From: SAR86 cluster bacterium AG-339-G14
GTDB lineage: Bacteria > Pseudomonadota > Gammaproteobacteria > Magnimaribacterales > AG-339-G14
NCBI GenBank assembly: GCA_003282105.1
Contig: QCAB01000001.1
Span: 49,785-113,784, forward strand
Direction of reading: 5' to 3'
Length of the DNA: 64,000 bases
Below are positions 13,109 through 21,422 of the stretch, in pieces (the first letter of the stretch is position 1; the number at the start of each line of letters is the position of its first letter). The translations under genes were made by a program, and so were the position numbers. The notes below the pieces were generated by a model, which searched no databases, was not told the DNA's origin, and saw only the letters and a program-made list of their open reading frames with translations.

Positions 13109-14097
13109 TCTTGATCTATCAAATTGCTTATTGAATCAGACGTTTCTTGATCAAAACATCTTTGAAAATACTCGGCTATGATTGGCTTCTCTGTCTCATC
13201 GCACTTATTCAGAAAGCTTAATTCAAAAGAAGAAACTAAATCAGAAAAAATTTGAAAATTTTCAGCCCAACTTATTACTGTTCTGGGCGACATCAAATTG
13301 GAGATGTCTCCATTTTTAAAACCCTCTCGCGTAAGATTTGCGAGTTCGATCATATTTTTTACAACTTCCGAACCTTTTTTATTGTCTAAGCTCTTTACTT
13401 TTGACAAGACTACTTTCGTTTCCAATTCAACGCTCAAATAATTTAAGCATGAGACTATTTGCCATCTGTCCATTTGACCTTGGTTGATTTGCTGGGTGCC
13501 GTGATAGAGTCCAGTACTGTCTCCAAGACCGACAGTATTTGCAGTAGCGAAAAGTCTGAAAAAAGGATTTGGAGTGAGCACTCTATTTTGATCCAAAAGA
13601 GTTAACCTTCCATCTACCTCAAGTACACGCTGAATTACGAACATAACATCAGGTCTACCAGCATCGTATTCGTCAAAAACTAAGGCGGTTGGATTCTGAA
13701 TGGCCCAAGGAAGGATGCCCTCTTGGAACTTTGTGACTTGTTTGTCTTTTTCTAAAGTAATAGCATCTTTACCCAAGAGATCCAATCTGCTGATGTGTGA
13801 ATCTAAATTAATTCTGACACAAGGCCAATTTAATCTGGCCGCGACTTGCTCAATGTGAGTAGATTTTCCAGAACCATGAAGACCTTGGATCATGACTCTT
13901 CGATTGTCAGAAAAGCCGGCTAAAATTGCGAGAGTTGTGCTTCTATCGAAACAATAAGTATCATCAATATCCGGCACATATTCGTTAGCTTCCGCAAAGG
14001 CAGGAACTTCAAAATCAGCGTCTATACCAAAAGTATTGCCAACGTTTAGTGAAATATCAGGAATATTTTTAGAGAAATTGTTATATGTTGTTGCCAT
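13105..14097 (-). CDS. cobS: CobS-type MoxR-class AAA+ ATPase
   Basis: 330 aa. Walker [10 protein letters not shown], then [31 protein letters not shown] and Walker B LVFDEYD. This closely matches my memory of CobS sequences. Confidence 0.75.
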   Translation of the reverse strand: MATTYNNFSKNIPDISLNVGNTFGIDADFEVPAFAEANEYVPDIDDTYCFDRSTTLAILAGFSDNRRVMIQGLHGSGKSTHIEQVAARLNWPCVRINLDSHISRLDLLGKDAITLEKDKQVTKFQEGILPWAIQNPTALVFDEYDAGRPDVMFVIQRVLEVDGRLTLLDQNRVLTPNPFFRLFATANTVGLGDSTGLYHGTQQINQGQMDRWQIVSCLNYLSVELETKVVLSKVKSLDNKKGSEVVKNMIELANLTREGFKNGDISNLMSPRTVISWAENFQIFSDLVSSFELSFLNKCDETEKPIIAEYFQRCFDQETSDSISNLIDQD

Positions 14098-14197
14098 AAT
14101 TTAGAATTCTTATTATCCTTTTTTCATTTAAAACAGCAAGATAATATACTTACGATCTAGTAAACTATTCGACTTCAAATCTATCTAAACTAAGCTT

Positions 14198-14986
14198 ATG
14201 ACGGAAAAAGAAATCTGGTTAAAAATCGTGGAAGAGGCCAAGTCATTATCTGGCGATCAGTCATTGTCCGATTCTTACCTAGACGAATATGTTACTAATT
14301 TCGACAAGTTATCCGAAAGCATAGGATTTAAAATCGCCAGCGATTTAGGCCAAGATGCCTCGTCAAAAGCTTTTTCAAATAAATTTCTTTTCTCTGAATT
14401 AAAAAAAGTTTACGAAAATATGAAAATTTTGGATGGATTGGTTTTAGATTTACTTGCAGTAAAACAAAGAGATCCGGCATCAACAGGATATTTATCAACC
14501 CTCTTGTTTTCTAAAGGCTTTCTAGCACTTCAAACGCACAGAGCAAGTCATTACTTTTTTAAAGGGGGAGAAACTTTGTTGGCTAATTTTCTTCACAGTC
14601 AGGCATCGAAAATATATAGCGTGGATATTCACCCAGCTGCAACGATTGGAGTGGGGGTGATGCTAGATCACGCGACCGGAATTGTGATTGGTGAAACCAG
14701 TGTAATCGAAGACGATGTATCAATATTTCAAGGTGTAACGCTTGGCGGAACAGGAAAAGTTACTGGAGATAGGCACCCTAAGGTTAGGAAGGGAGTATTG
14801 ATAAGCGCGGGAGCTAAAATTTTGGGAAATGTCGAAATCGGTCAAGGTGCAAAAGTAGCTGCCGGGAGCGTTGTCCTTGATGACGTCGAAATGAACACAA
14901 CAGTAGCAGGTGTTCCTGCAATTGCTGTGGGTAAGCCAAGTTCTGATTCTCCCGCTAAAACAGTTGATCATTCAATCAAAGAATAA
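14198..14986 (+). CDS. cysE: Serine O-acetyltransferase
   Basis: 262 aa. DIHPAATIGVGVMLDHATGIVIGETSVIEDDVSIFQGVTLGGTGK..GDRHPKVRKGVLISAGAKILGN is the left-handed beta-helix hexapeptide core of CysE. Confidence 0.9.
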   Translation: MTEKEIWLKIVEEAKSLSGDQSLSDSYLDEYVTNFDKLSESIGFKIASDLGQDASSKAFSNKFLFSELKKVYENMKILDGLVLDLLAVKQRDPASTGYLSTLLFSKGFLALQTHRASHYFFKGGETLLANFLHSQASKIYSVDIHPAATIGVGVMLDHATGIVIGETSVIEDDVSIFQGVTLGGTGKVTGDRHPKVRKGVLISAGAKILGNVEIGQGAKVAAGSVVLDDVEMNTTVAGVPAIAVGKPSSDSPAKTVDHSIKE

Positions 14987-14987
14987 A

Positions 14988-15860
14988 ATGTCAGATCAAA
15001 AACTACTAGATGAATTAATCAAAACTTTGAATCTTGAGAAACTCGAAGAAAATTTATTTCGAGGACAAAGTGAACAAACTGCTTGGGGCAGAGTTTTTGG
15101 TGGGCAGGTAATAGGACAAGCGCTAAGCGCAACTCAAGAAACTGTAGACAATTCAAGAAAAGCTCATTCTTTGCACGCTTATTTTTTAAGACCTGGAAGA
15201 ATTGATATGCCTATTCTTTATGACGTGCAAAGAATAAGAGATGGGAAAAGCTTTACCACGCGCACAGTTAATGCGATTCAAAACGGTGAGTATATTTTTA
15301 ATATGTCTGTCTCATTCAAAATATCCGAAGAAGGCCTGGAGCATCAATTTGAAATGCCAGATGTTCCGAGTCCTGAAGAACTAAAGAGCGATAGGGAGTT
15401 TAGAGAAGAGATGAAAGACAAAATTCCAAAAGCAATGCTTGAGGGGTTTTTAAGAGATAAACCAATTGAAATAAGAAACGTAGAAAATTTAAATCCATTT
15501 GACAACGAGAAGGGCGAGCCCTTCAAAAATATGTGGATAAAGGCCTCTGGAAAATTGCCTGACAATCATTTAATCCATCAAGGAGTTTTAGCTTATGCAT
15601 CGGACATGGGCTTGCTTGGTACTTCCCAGCGACCACATGGATTTAGTTTTGGAGCTTATGAAAAACTTCAAGTAGCTAGTCTTGATCATGCGATGTGGTT
15701 TCATCGGGAGTTTAGGGCCGATGAATGGCTGCTTTATTCTTTAGATAGTCCATCCGCTAGTAATGCAAATGGATTCAATAGAGGTAATATTTTTACTCAG
15801 GACGGTAAACTGGTTGCATCGGCTGTTCAAGAAGGCTTAATAAGAGTGAAGGACAAATGA
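14988..15860 (+). CDS. tesB: Acyl-CoA thioesterase II
   Basis: Start moved to ATG 14988 (MSDQKLLDEL...), 1 nt after the cysE stop. LFRGQS...GRVFGGQVIGQAL and double hot-dog length (about 290 aa) are typical of TesB. Confidence 0.85.
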   Translation: MSDQKLLDELIKTLNLEKLEENLFRGQSEQTAWGRVFGGQVIGQALSATQETVDNSRKAHSLHAYFLRPGRIDMPILYDVQRIRDGKSFTTRTVNAIQNGEYIFNMSVSFKISEEGLEHQFEMPDVPSPEELKSDREFREEMKDKIPKAMLEGFLRDKPIEIRNVENLNPFDNEKGEPFKNMWIKASGKLPDNHLIHQGVLAYASDMGLLGTSQRPHGFSFGAYEKLQVASLDHAMWFHREFRADEWLLYSLDSPSASNANGFNRGNIFTQDGKLVASAVQEGLIRVKDK

Positions 15861-16387
15861 AACGATTTCTACAGTTAGTATTCATTTTTTTAAGTATTAA
15901 TATTTCAACTGAAGAAATGATCATTGGATCGGAGACAATAGATCCTGGGATCAAAATAGTTTTTGAAGCCGCTCCAAAAGATACAGTCTTTCCTGAAAAA
16001 TTTTACTTAGCAGAATCAGAGACAGATATACATATTGAAATGTTGGCTAATTGGTCTGAAGACAATCTTGTTTCAGTGCCTTCAGGCGGTTTTGTCGCCT
16101 ATCTAAATGTGAAAGCTATCGTTGCAAATGAAAAAGGAGCAACTATTGAAACCGATTTAACTCCACATTTAAATTTAGTAGACAATTTACATTATGCTCA
16201 AAATATTAAGTTACCTGGAGGCATCGAGGATTTTTATAATGTGACTTTCATTATTGGGCCTCCTGATAGCGAGTCTTTTGGCATACATTATGATTGGCAT
16301 GAAAAGTTTGGAGGCTTAATTCAAGAAAGCTCTTTTACTTATAAAAATTTAAATTTTGAACAAATTGCTTCAAAACAAAGAAGATAA
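15857..16387 (+). CDS. Periplasmic P19/FetP/Tp34-family iron-transport protein (secreted)
   Basis: 176 aa with signal peptide. DIHIEMLANW, GGFVAYLNVKAIVAN, PHLNLVDNLHYAQNIKL and YNVTFIIGPP align with FetP DVHLEADIHA, GEWIPYLTISYTLVN, PMVASDGPHYGANIKM and YKVTYHIEPP (from memory). ATGA overlap with tesB. Confidence 0.55.
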   Translation: MKRFLQLVFIFLSINISTEEMIIGSETIDPGIKIVFEAAPKDTVFPEKFYLAESETDIHIEMLANWSEDNLVSVPSGGFVAYLNVKAIVANEKGATIETDLTPHLNLVDNLHYAQNIKLPGGIEDFYNVTFIIGPPDSESFGIHYDWHEKFGGLIQESSFTYKNLNFEQIASKQRR

Positions 16388-16390
16388 AAA

Positions 16391-16600
16391 ATGAATTTTG
16401 GAATGTTTGTCCTTGGCGCAGTGGTATTTTTGATTAGCTTTACTTTATTCAAAATAGGCGCTTTTTTGAAAACTAAAGATTCCGAAGTTTCATGGAAAAA
16501 ACTTTTTATGGTGTTTTTGGTGGACTATTTAATTCTAGTAATCGGTGTCTTGGGGACGGGCATAATTTTTGTGTCTTTATTTAATTCTTTCCATGGGTAA
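16391..16600 (+). CDS. Small two-helix membrane protein, unknown function
   Basis: 69 aa with two hydrophobic segments (FVLGAVVFLISFTLF and LILVIGVLGTGIIFVSLF). Sits 3 nt after the P19-like stop. No family recognised. Confidence 0.4.
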   Translation: MNFGMFVLGAVVFLISFTLFKIGAFLKTKDSEVSWKKLFMVFLVDYLILVIGVLGTGIIFVSLFNSFHG

Positions 16601-16609
16601 AATTGATAT

Positions 16610-17185
16610 ATGAGCATTTCCTATATTGACACAAAAAAGAGAGAGGATTTTCCTGAGTTTGAAGAATATTTTAAATTAGTTGAGTCTTTTATGGGTTATT
16701 TACCAAACTCTTATTTACTCATGGCTGATAAGCCTGAGCTGCTTGAAGCTTTCGCAAAAATGTCTTCTGCAGTGTTTAATACCGTTTCCTTAGACGCACA
16801 ATCAAAACAGCTGATTGCCTTAGCATCCAGTTTAAGTTCTGGGTGCAAATATTGTCAGTCACATACTTCTCATGGCGCGGAAAGGGCAGGAGTAACGAAT
16901 GATAAAATAGCCGACATTCTTAATTATCAAAATAGCGAATATTATGATGCTAAAGAAGTATCGCTTTTAGATCTTGCCTTTGCTTCGGGAGAGGTTCCAA
17001 ATGGCGCAACAAAAATGCACTTTGATAATTTGGAAAAATATTATTCTAAGCAGCAAATCATAGATATAGTCTCTGTTATTTCTTTCTTTGGTTTTTTAAA
17101 TCGATGGAACGATACTTTTGGTACCGAGATTGAGTTAGTGCCAGCTCAATACATAAGCGAAGTTTTAAAGCCAAAAAATTGGTAA
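16610..17185 (+). CDS. AhpD-like / carboxymuconolactone decarboxylase family protein (CxxC peroxidase-related)
   Basis: 191 aa. SSGCKYCQSHTSHG contains the CxxC...H motif of the AhpD-core fold. Confidence 0.6.
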   Translation: MSISYIDTKKREDFPEFEEYFKLVESFMGYLPNSYLLMADKPELLEAFAKMSSAVFNTVSLDAQSKQLIALASSLSSGCKYCQSHTSHGAERAGVTNDKIADILNYQNSEYYDAKEVSLLDLAFASGEVPNGATKMHFDNLEKYYSKQQIIDIVSVISFFGFLNRWNDTFGTEIELVPAQYISEVLKPKNW

Positions 17186-17297
17186 TAAAAAATTTTTTTT
17201 TTGCTTCATTTAATTCTAAATAAAAATTAAAAATTTAGAGGACTTTTGTCTAAAAAATGTTAAAAATAACCTTAAATAAACATTAAAGGGGGAGATT

Positions 17298-19901
17298 ATG
17301 TTTAAAAAACTAAGTTATTTAGCGATTTTTCTTTCTTCTGCATTTATTTATGCACAGGAAGAGGAAGTCGTCGTGACAGGTTCTTATATTGCTGGAAGCC
17401 CTACGGATGGAGCTTCGCCAGTTGAAATTTATGATAGAGAGTTGATAGAAAATATCGGCGCGATGAATGTTGCAGACATTACAGCTAATATGGTTGTGAA
17501 TTCTGGTTCTGAAAATAATGCAGACTCTTTTACTTCTGGAGCAACCCAAGGAAAAACGAACGTAAACTTAAGAGGATTAGGACTTACGTCTACTCTTGTT
17601 TTATTCGACGGCAGAAGACAAGTCTTAAATGCATCCGCTGCTAACGATGGAAGTGCTTTTGTAGATACTTCATCAATTCCAACGATTGCTTTAGAAAGAG
17701 TGGAAGTTTTAAAAGAAGGAGCTGCTTCGATTTACGGTGCTGATGCCGTAGCCGGTGTAGTGAACTATATTTTTAGAAGAGATTTTACCGGTCTTGAAGT
17801 TGACCTTAATTCCCAACAAATTGATGTTGGTTCTTCAAGGGACGATAGAGTAAGTTTCATTTTTGGAGAGCAATTTGGCGATACAAATTTTGTTCTAGCC
17901 TACAGTTCGCTAGATAGATCACCTATGACTGGAACTGATAAAGATCTTGCGCCACTTGCTGTAAGTACTTTAGGAACAACTTTCAGGTTATTTGCTGACA
18001 GTACTTCTGTAGCGGACACAACTCATCCATGGTATGGAACTGATGGTCAATACACAACTGGTTTTATTAGAGATCCAAATTGTGTAGCCAATGGAGGTAC
18101 TTTAGTTTCTGGAGGAGCTCTTTGTGGATTCCACTACGGACCTCGATTCAATATTGTTAATACAGAAAATCACGAGCAAATTTATAGCTCTGTAAACTCT
18201 ACTTTAGGCAATGGCATGGAATTTAATCTTGATGTTTTGATTTCGGAAATGAGAGTTTGGGACAACCCACAATCTCCTTCCTATCCTGCTTTATCTTATT
18301 TATCCGTAGCTAATTTAATTCAGCCTGGCACAGGTGGAAGTCCTTTTGATGAGCCAGTCATGTGGTACGGAAGACCTCTAGGTTCAGCTTACCCGTCGCC
18401 AAATGCTAATAGAAAGTCTGACACGAATAGATTTTCAGCTGGTTTAACTAGTACATTTGATAATGGATTCGATTGGGACTTTCGCTTCACAACTAGTTTT
18501 GAAAATGCATATTTTAATCAACCTGATACTGGAACTTCTGCACTTACAGCGGCAATAGGAGACAACTCTTTTGATTTATTCGTACCATCAAATAATTCAG
18601 CTGAAAAAATTGCATCGCTAGCTTCTAACCAAGAAACTTGGGTTAAAGTGCAACTCGATGTTATTGATTTTGTGATTTCAGGTGAAGTTGGTAATTTCTC
18701 AATTGCATCAGGGATTCAACTAAGAGAAGAATCAATGGATCTAACTAGAAGTGCTAATTCACTAGTTACCTTTGATGCTGATGGTAATCTTGCGACTCCT
18801 GCAGACATGATCTTTTTAGGCGGTGGTATTAACGTTGATACATCAAGGACTGCAGAAGCGATTTTTGTGGAAGCGGTAACTAACATTACCGATGACTTAG
18901 AGATTAGAGGAGCGCTAAGATATGAGAATCTTGAAAAAGACTCAACTCTGGATCCAAAAATTTCTTTAAGATATCAAGCAACTGATGATTTGGTCTTACG
19001 AGCATCTGCAAGTTCATCCTTCAGAGAGCCTTCTCTTAACCAGTTATTCAACAGTGATGTTGGTCTTGAAGGGATTCAAGATTACGACACTGATGGTAAC
19101 ACTGTTGGGGGCACAGCTTTCATTCGTATCGCTTCTCAAGCCAATCCAAATTTAGTGCCCGAGGAAGCTGATAACTTTAACGTTGGATTAATTTGGTCGC
19201 CTACCGATAATTTCCAATCTAAATTAGATTATTGGGTGGTTGACTACACAAATGTGATTACAAAAGAAGCAGCTCAAGGAGTAGTTCAAAGAACTCCTAC
19301 AGCCTCAACAGTTATCAGAAACAGTGGAGGAACTTTGATTGGTGTTACCACGCCATATTTCAATGCCTCATACGTCGAAACTGATGGAATAGATTTGGAG
19401 ATGAGCTTCAACACAGACTTGGCAAGCGGATTATTGTCTTTAGGATTTAATGCTTCCCACTTTTTGAGTTATGAAATTCCTATCAAAAACGCAGCTGGTA
19501 CTTTAGTTCGAACAGATGTAGTTGGATTGTTTAATCACGACAACTTCGCGAGATCCATGCCTGAGACTAAAGCAGTAATCTCTGGAAATTTTGTTAGCGG
19601 TTCACATTCTGTTGCTGGGTACATAAGACATGTCTCAGATTATAGAACAACGCGTGCATTGAGTGCTGCTGCAATAGCTGCCGGAACATTCTCTCAAGAT
19701 ATAGACAGTTTCACTACGCTTGATCTTCAATACACTTACGCAATGACTACTGAAGATTTAATTTGGACTGTTGGTTTAAAAAACGCCTTAGATGAGGATG
19801 TGCCTTTAGTATTTGACGATGCTAATTTCAGTTATGATCCTAAGCATCATGATCCTAGAGGAAGAATGTATACCTTAGGTGTTAAGTACGTTTTGAATTA
19901 A
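17298..19901 (+). CDS. TonB-dependent outer-membrane receptor (867 aa)
   Basis: Signal peptide. TonB-box/plug region EEEVVVTGSYI...VEVLKEGAASIYGADAVAGVVNYI. Beta-barrel-type alternating sequence to the C-terminus. Strong SD aagggggag. Confidence 0.9.
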   Translation: MFKKLSYLAIFLSSAFIYAQEEEVVVTGSYIAGSPTDGASPVEIYDRELIENIGAMNVADITANMVVNSGSENNADSFTSGATQGKTNVNLRGLGLTSTLVLFDGRRQVLNASAANDGSAFVDTSSIPTIALERVEVLKEGAASIYGADAVAGVVNYIFRRDFTGLEVDLNSQQIDVGSSRDDRVSFIFGEQFGDTNFVLAYSSLDRSPMTGTDKDLAPLAVSTLGTTFRLFADSTSVADTTHPWYGTDGQYTTGFIRDPNCVANGGTLVSGGALCGFHYGPRFNIVNTENHEQIYSSVNSTLGNGMEFNLDVLISEMRVWDNPQSPSYPALSYLSVANLIQPGTGGSPFDEPVMWYGRPLGSAYPSPNANRKSDTNRFSAGLTSTFDNGFDWDFRFTTSFENAYFNQPDTGTSALTAAIGDNSFDLFVPSNNSAEKIASLASNQETWVKVQLDVIDFVISGEVGNFSIASGIQLREESMDLTRSANSLVTFDADGNLATPADMIFLGGGINVDTSRTAEAIFVEAVTNITDDLEIRGALRYENLEKDSTLDPKISLRYQATDDLVLRASASSSFREPSLNQLFNSDVGLEGIQDYDTDGNTVGGTAFIRIASQANPNLVPEEADNFNVGLIWSPTDNFQSKLDYWVVDYTNVITKEAAQGVVQRTPTASTVIRNSGGTLIGVTTPYFNASYVETDGIDLEMSFNTDLASGLLSLGFNASHFLSYEIPIKNAAGTLVRTDVVGLFNHDNFARSMPETKAVISGNFVSGSHSVAGYIRHVSDYRTTRALSAAAIAAGTFSQDIDSFTTLDLQYTYAMTTEDLIWTVGLKNALDEDVPLVFDDANFSYDPKHHDPRGRMYTLGVKYVLN

Positions 19902-19925
19902 TTTAAGTTAATTCTATCATCTTAT

Positions 19926-19953
19926 AAAAAAGGCCCCTCTGGGGCCTTTTTTT
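19926..19953. terminator. Bidirectional rho-independent terminator between the TBDR and gltD
   Basis: aaaaa-aggcccc-tct-ggggcct-tttttt: 7-bp GC stem flanked by an A-tract and a T-tract. Confidence 0.85.
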
Positions 19954-19970
19954 ATTACTTATTTAACTTT

Positions 19971-21422
19971 TTATTCTAAGGTGGTTTGACCCATTAAAGA
20001 TAAATCGATTTCTCGAGCAGCAGCTCTACCTTCATTAATTGCCCAAACAACTAAAGATTGACCGCGACGACAATCGCCTGCGGCAAATATTTTAGGGTGA
20101 GAAGTTTTGTGAACATTATGTTCGGCTTTGAAATTAGATCTTTCATCTAGATCTAAATTTAAATTTTCATTCAAATAATGCTCTGGACCCAAAAACCCCA
20201 TTGCTAGAAGCACTAAATCTGCCCTCCAAATTTTTTCTGTTCCTGGAATTTCTTTAAAATCCTTGTCTACCTTGATAGTCTTTATCCCTGTTAATTTTCC
20301 ATTTTTATCTCTTAAAAATTCTTTTCCGGAGACTGAATACTCCCTTGGGTCTTTGCCAAAAACTTCCCTTGATTCTTCATGTCCATAATCCACTTTGTAG
20401 ATTCTTGGAAATAGTGGCCAAGGATTATTATCCGTCCTGTCCTGAGGAAGCTCTGGCATAATTTCAAAATTTGTCAGGGACTTACATTCATGTCTTAAAG
20501 AAGTTCCTAAGCAATCATTCCCTGTGTCTCCACCTCCAATAACAATCACGTTTTTATCTTTGGCATCAATATAGTTTTCATCGCTTAATTTGCTGTCTAA
20601 AAGACTTTTAGTATTTTGTCCTAAGAACTCCATTGCAAAATAGACGCCATCTCCTTCTCGATTAGGAATTTGTAAGTCTCTAGGTTTAGTAGCTCCGGTA
20701 GTAAGGAGCACAATATCATTAGATTCAACTAATCTATTTACCGATATGTCATTTTTTTTGCTCCCACCGATGTTGCAGTTCGTGTGGAACTTGATACCTT
20801 CCTTTTCCATAATGTCTATGCGCATATCTATAATGGACTTGTCTAGTTTCATGTTTGGAATCCCATACATCATGAGGCCACCAATCCTATCGGCTCGCTC
20901 AAATACTTCAACAGAGTGACCGACGCTATTAAGTTGTTGCGCAGCTGACAGTCCCGCTGGACCAGAACCAACGATGGCTATTTTTTTATTTGTTCTAACT
21001 TTCGGCACAACAGCTTTCAGCCATCCGGATTCAATACCTTTGTCAGCGATTGCGAATTCAAGATTTTTGATGGTGACTGGAGATTCGGTAATACCCAAAA
21101 CACATGCGCCTTCGCAAACCGCGGGGCAAACTCGTCCAGTAACTTCTGGGAAATTATTAGTTTTTAAAAGTCTATTAAACGCCTCTTCCCATTTTTCATT
21201 GTAAACCAAGTCATTCCACTCAGGAATTAGATTATAGACTGGGCATCCTTCTCCTGATTGACAAAAGGGTACACCACAATTCATGCACCGGGACGCTTGA
21301 GTATTAAGAAGAGATTCATCATGATCGGTATAAATCTCTTTGAAATCAATTACCCTCTCCTTTGCTGGCCTATATGGTTCGACAACTCGTTCGTGTTCTT
21401 TAAATCCAGTAACCTTTCCCAT
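19971..21422 (-). CDS. gltD: Glutamate synthase (NADPH) small subunit
   Basis: 483 aa. N-terminal Cys cluster CMNCGVPFC...CPV, dinucleotide fold VGSGPAGLSAA. Immediately downstream of gltB. Confidence 0.93.
   Translation of the reverse strand: MGKVTGFKEHERVVEPYRPAKERVIDFKEIYTDHDESLLNTQASRCMNCGVPFCQSGEGCPVYNLIPEWNDLVYNEKWEEAFNRLLKTNNFPEVTGRVCPAVCEGACVLGITESPVTIKNLEFAIADKGIESGWLKAVVPKVRTNKKIAIVGSGPAGLSAAQQLNSVGHSVEVFERADRIGGLMMYGIPNMKLDKSIIDMRIDIMEKEGIKFHTNCNIGGSKKNDISVNRLVESNDIVLLTTGATKPRDLQIPNREGDGVYFAMEFLGQNTKSLLDSKLSDENYIDAKDKNVIVIGGGDTGNDCLGTSLRHECKSLTNFEIMPELPQDRTDNNPWPLFPRIYKVDYGHEESREVFGKDPREYSVSGKEFLRDKNGKLTGIKTIKVDKDFKEIPGTEKIWRADLVLLAMGFLGPEHYLNENLNLDLDERSNFKAEHNVHKTSHPKIFAAGDCRRGQSLVVWAINEGRAAAREIDLSLMGQTTLE

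Noticed and set aside
10149-14097. Reading cobS/cobT as evidence for cobalamin biosynthesis in this organism.
   Set aside because: No cobN or any other corrin-pathway gene is in the window, and CobS/CobT alone do not form a chelatase. The annotation is kept as a family name only and treated as an open question (see findings).
14910-14987. N-terminal extensions offered by the ORF track for tesB (14910), argB (to 31640), the alpha/beta hydrolase (37357), panB (38995), hflC (45381) and ribD (51597).
   Set aside because: The extensions overlap the preceding gene and translate to hydrophobic or low-complexity sequence absent from homologues. Internal starts (14988, 31544, 37450, 39067, 45417, about 51564) begin at the conserved N-termini.
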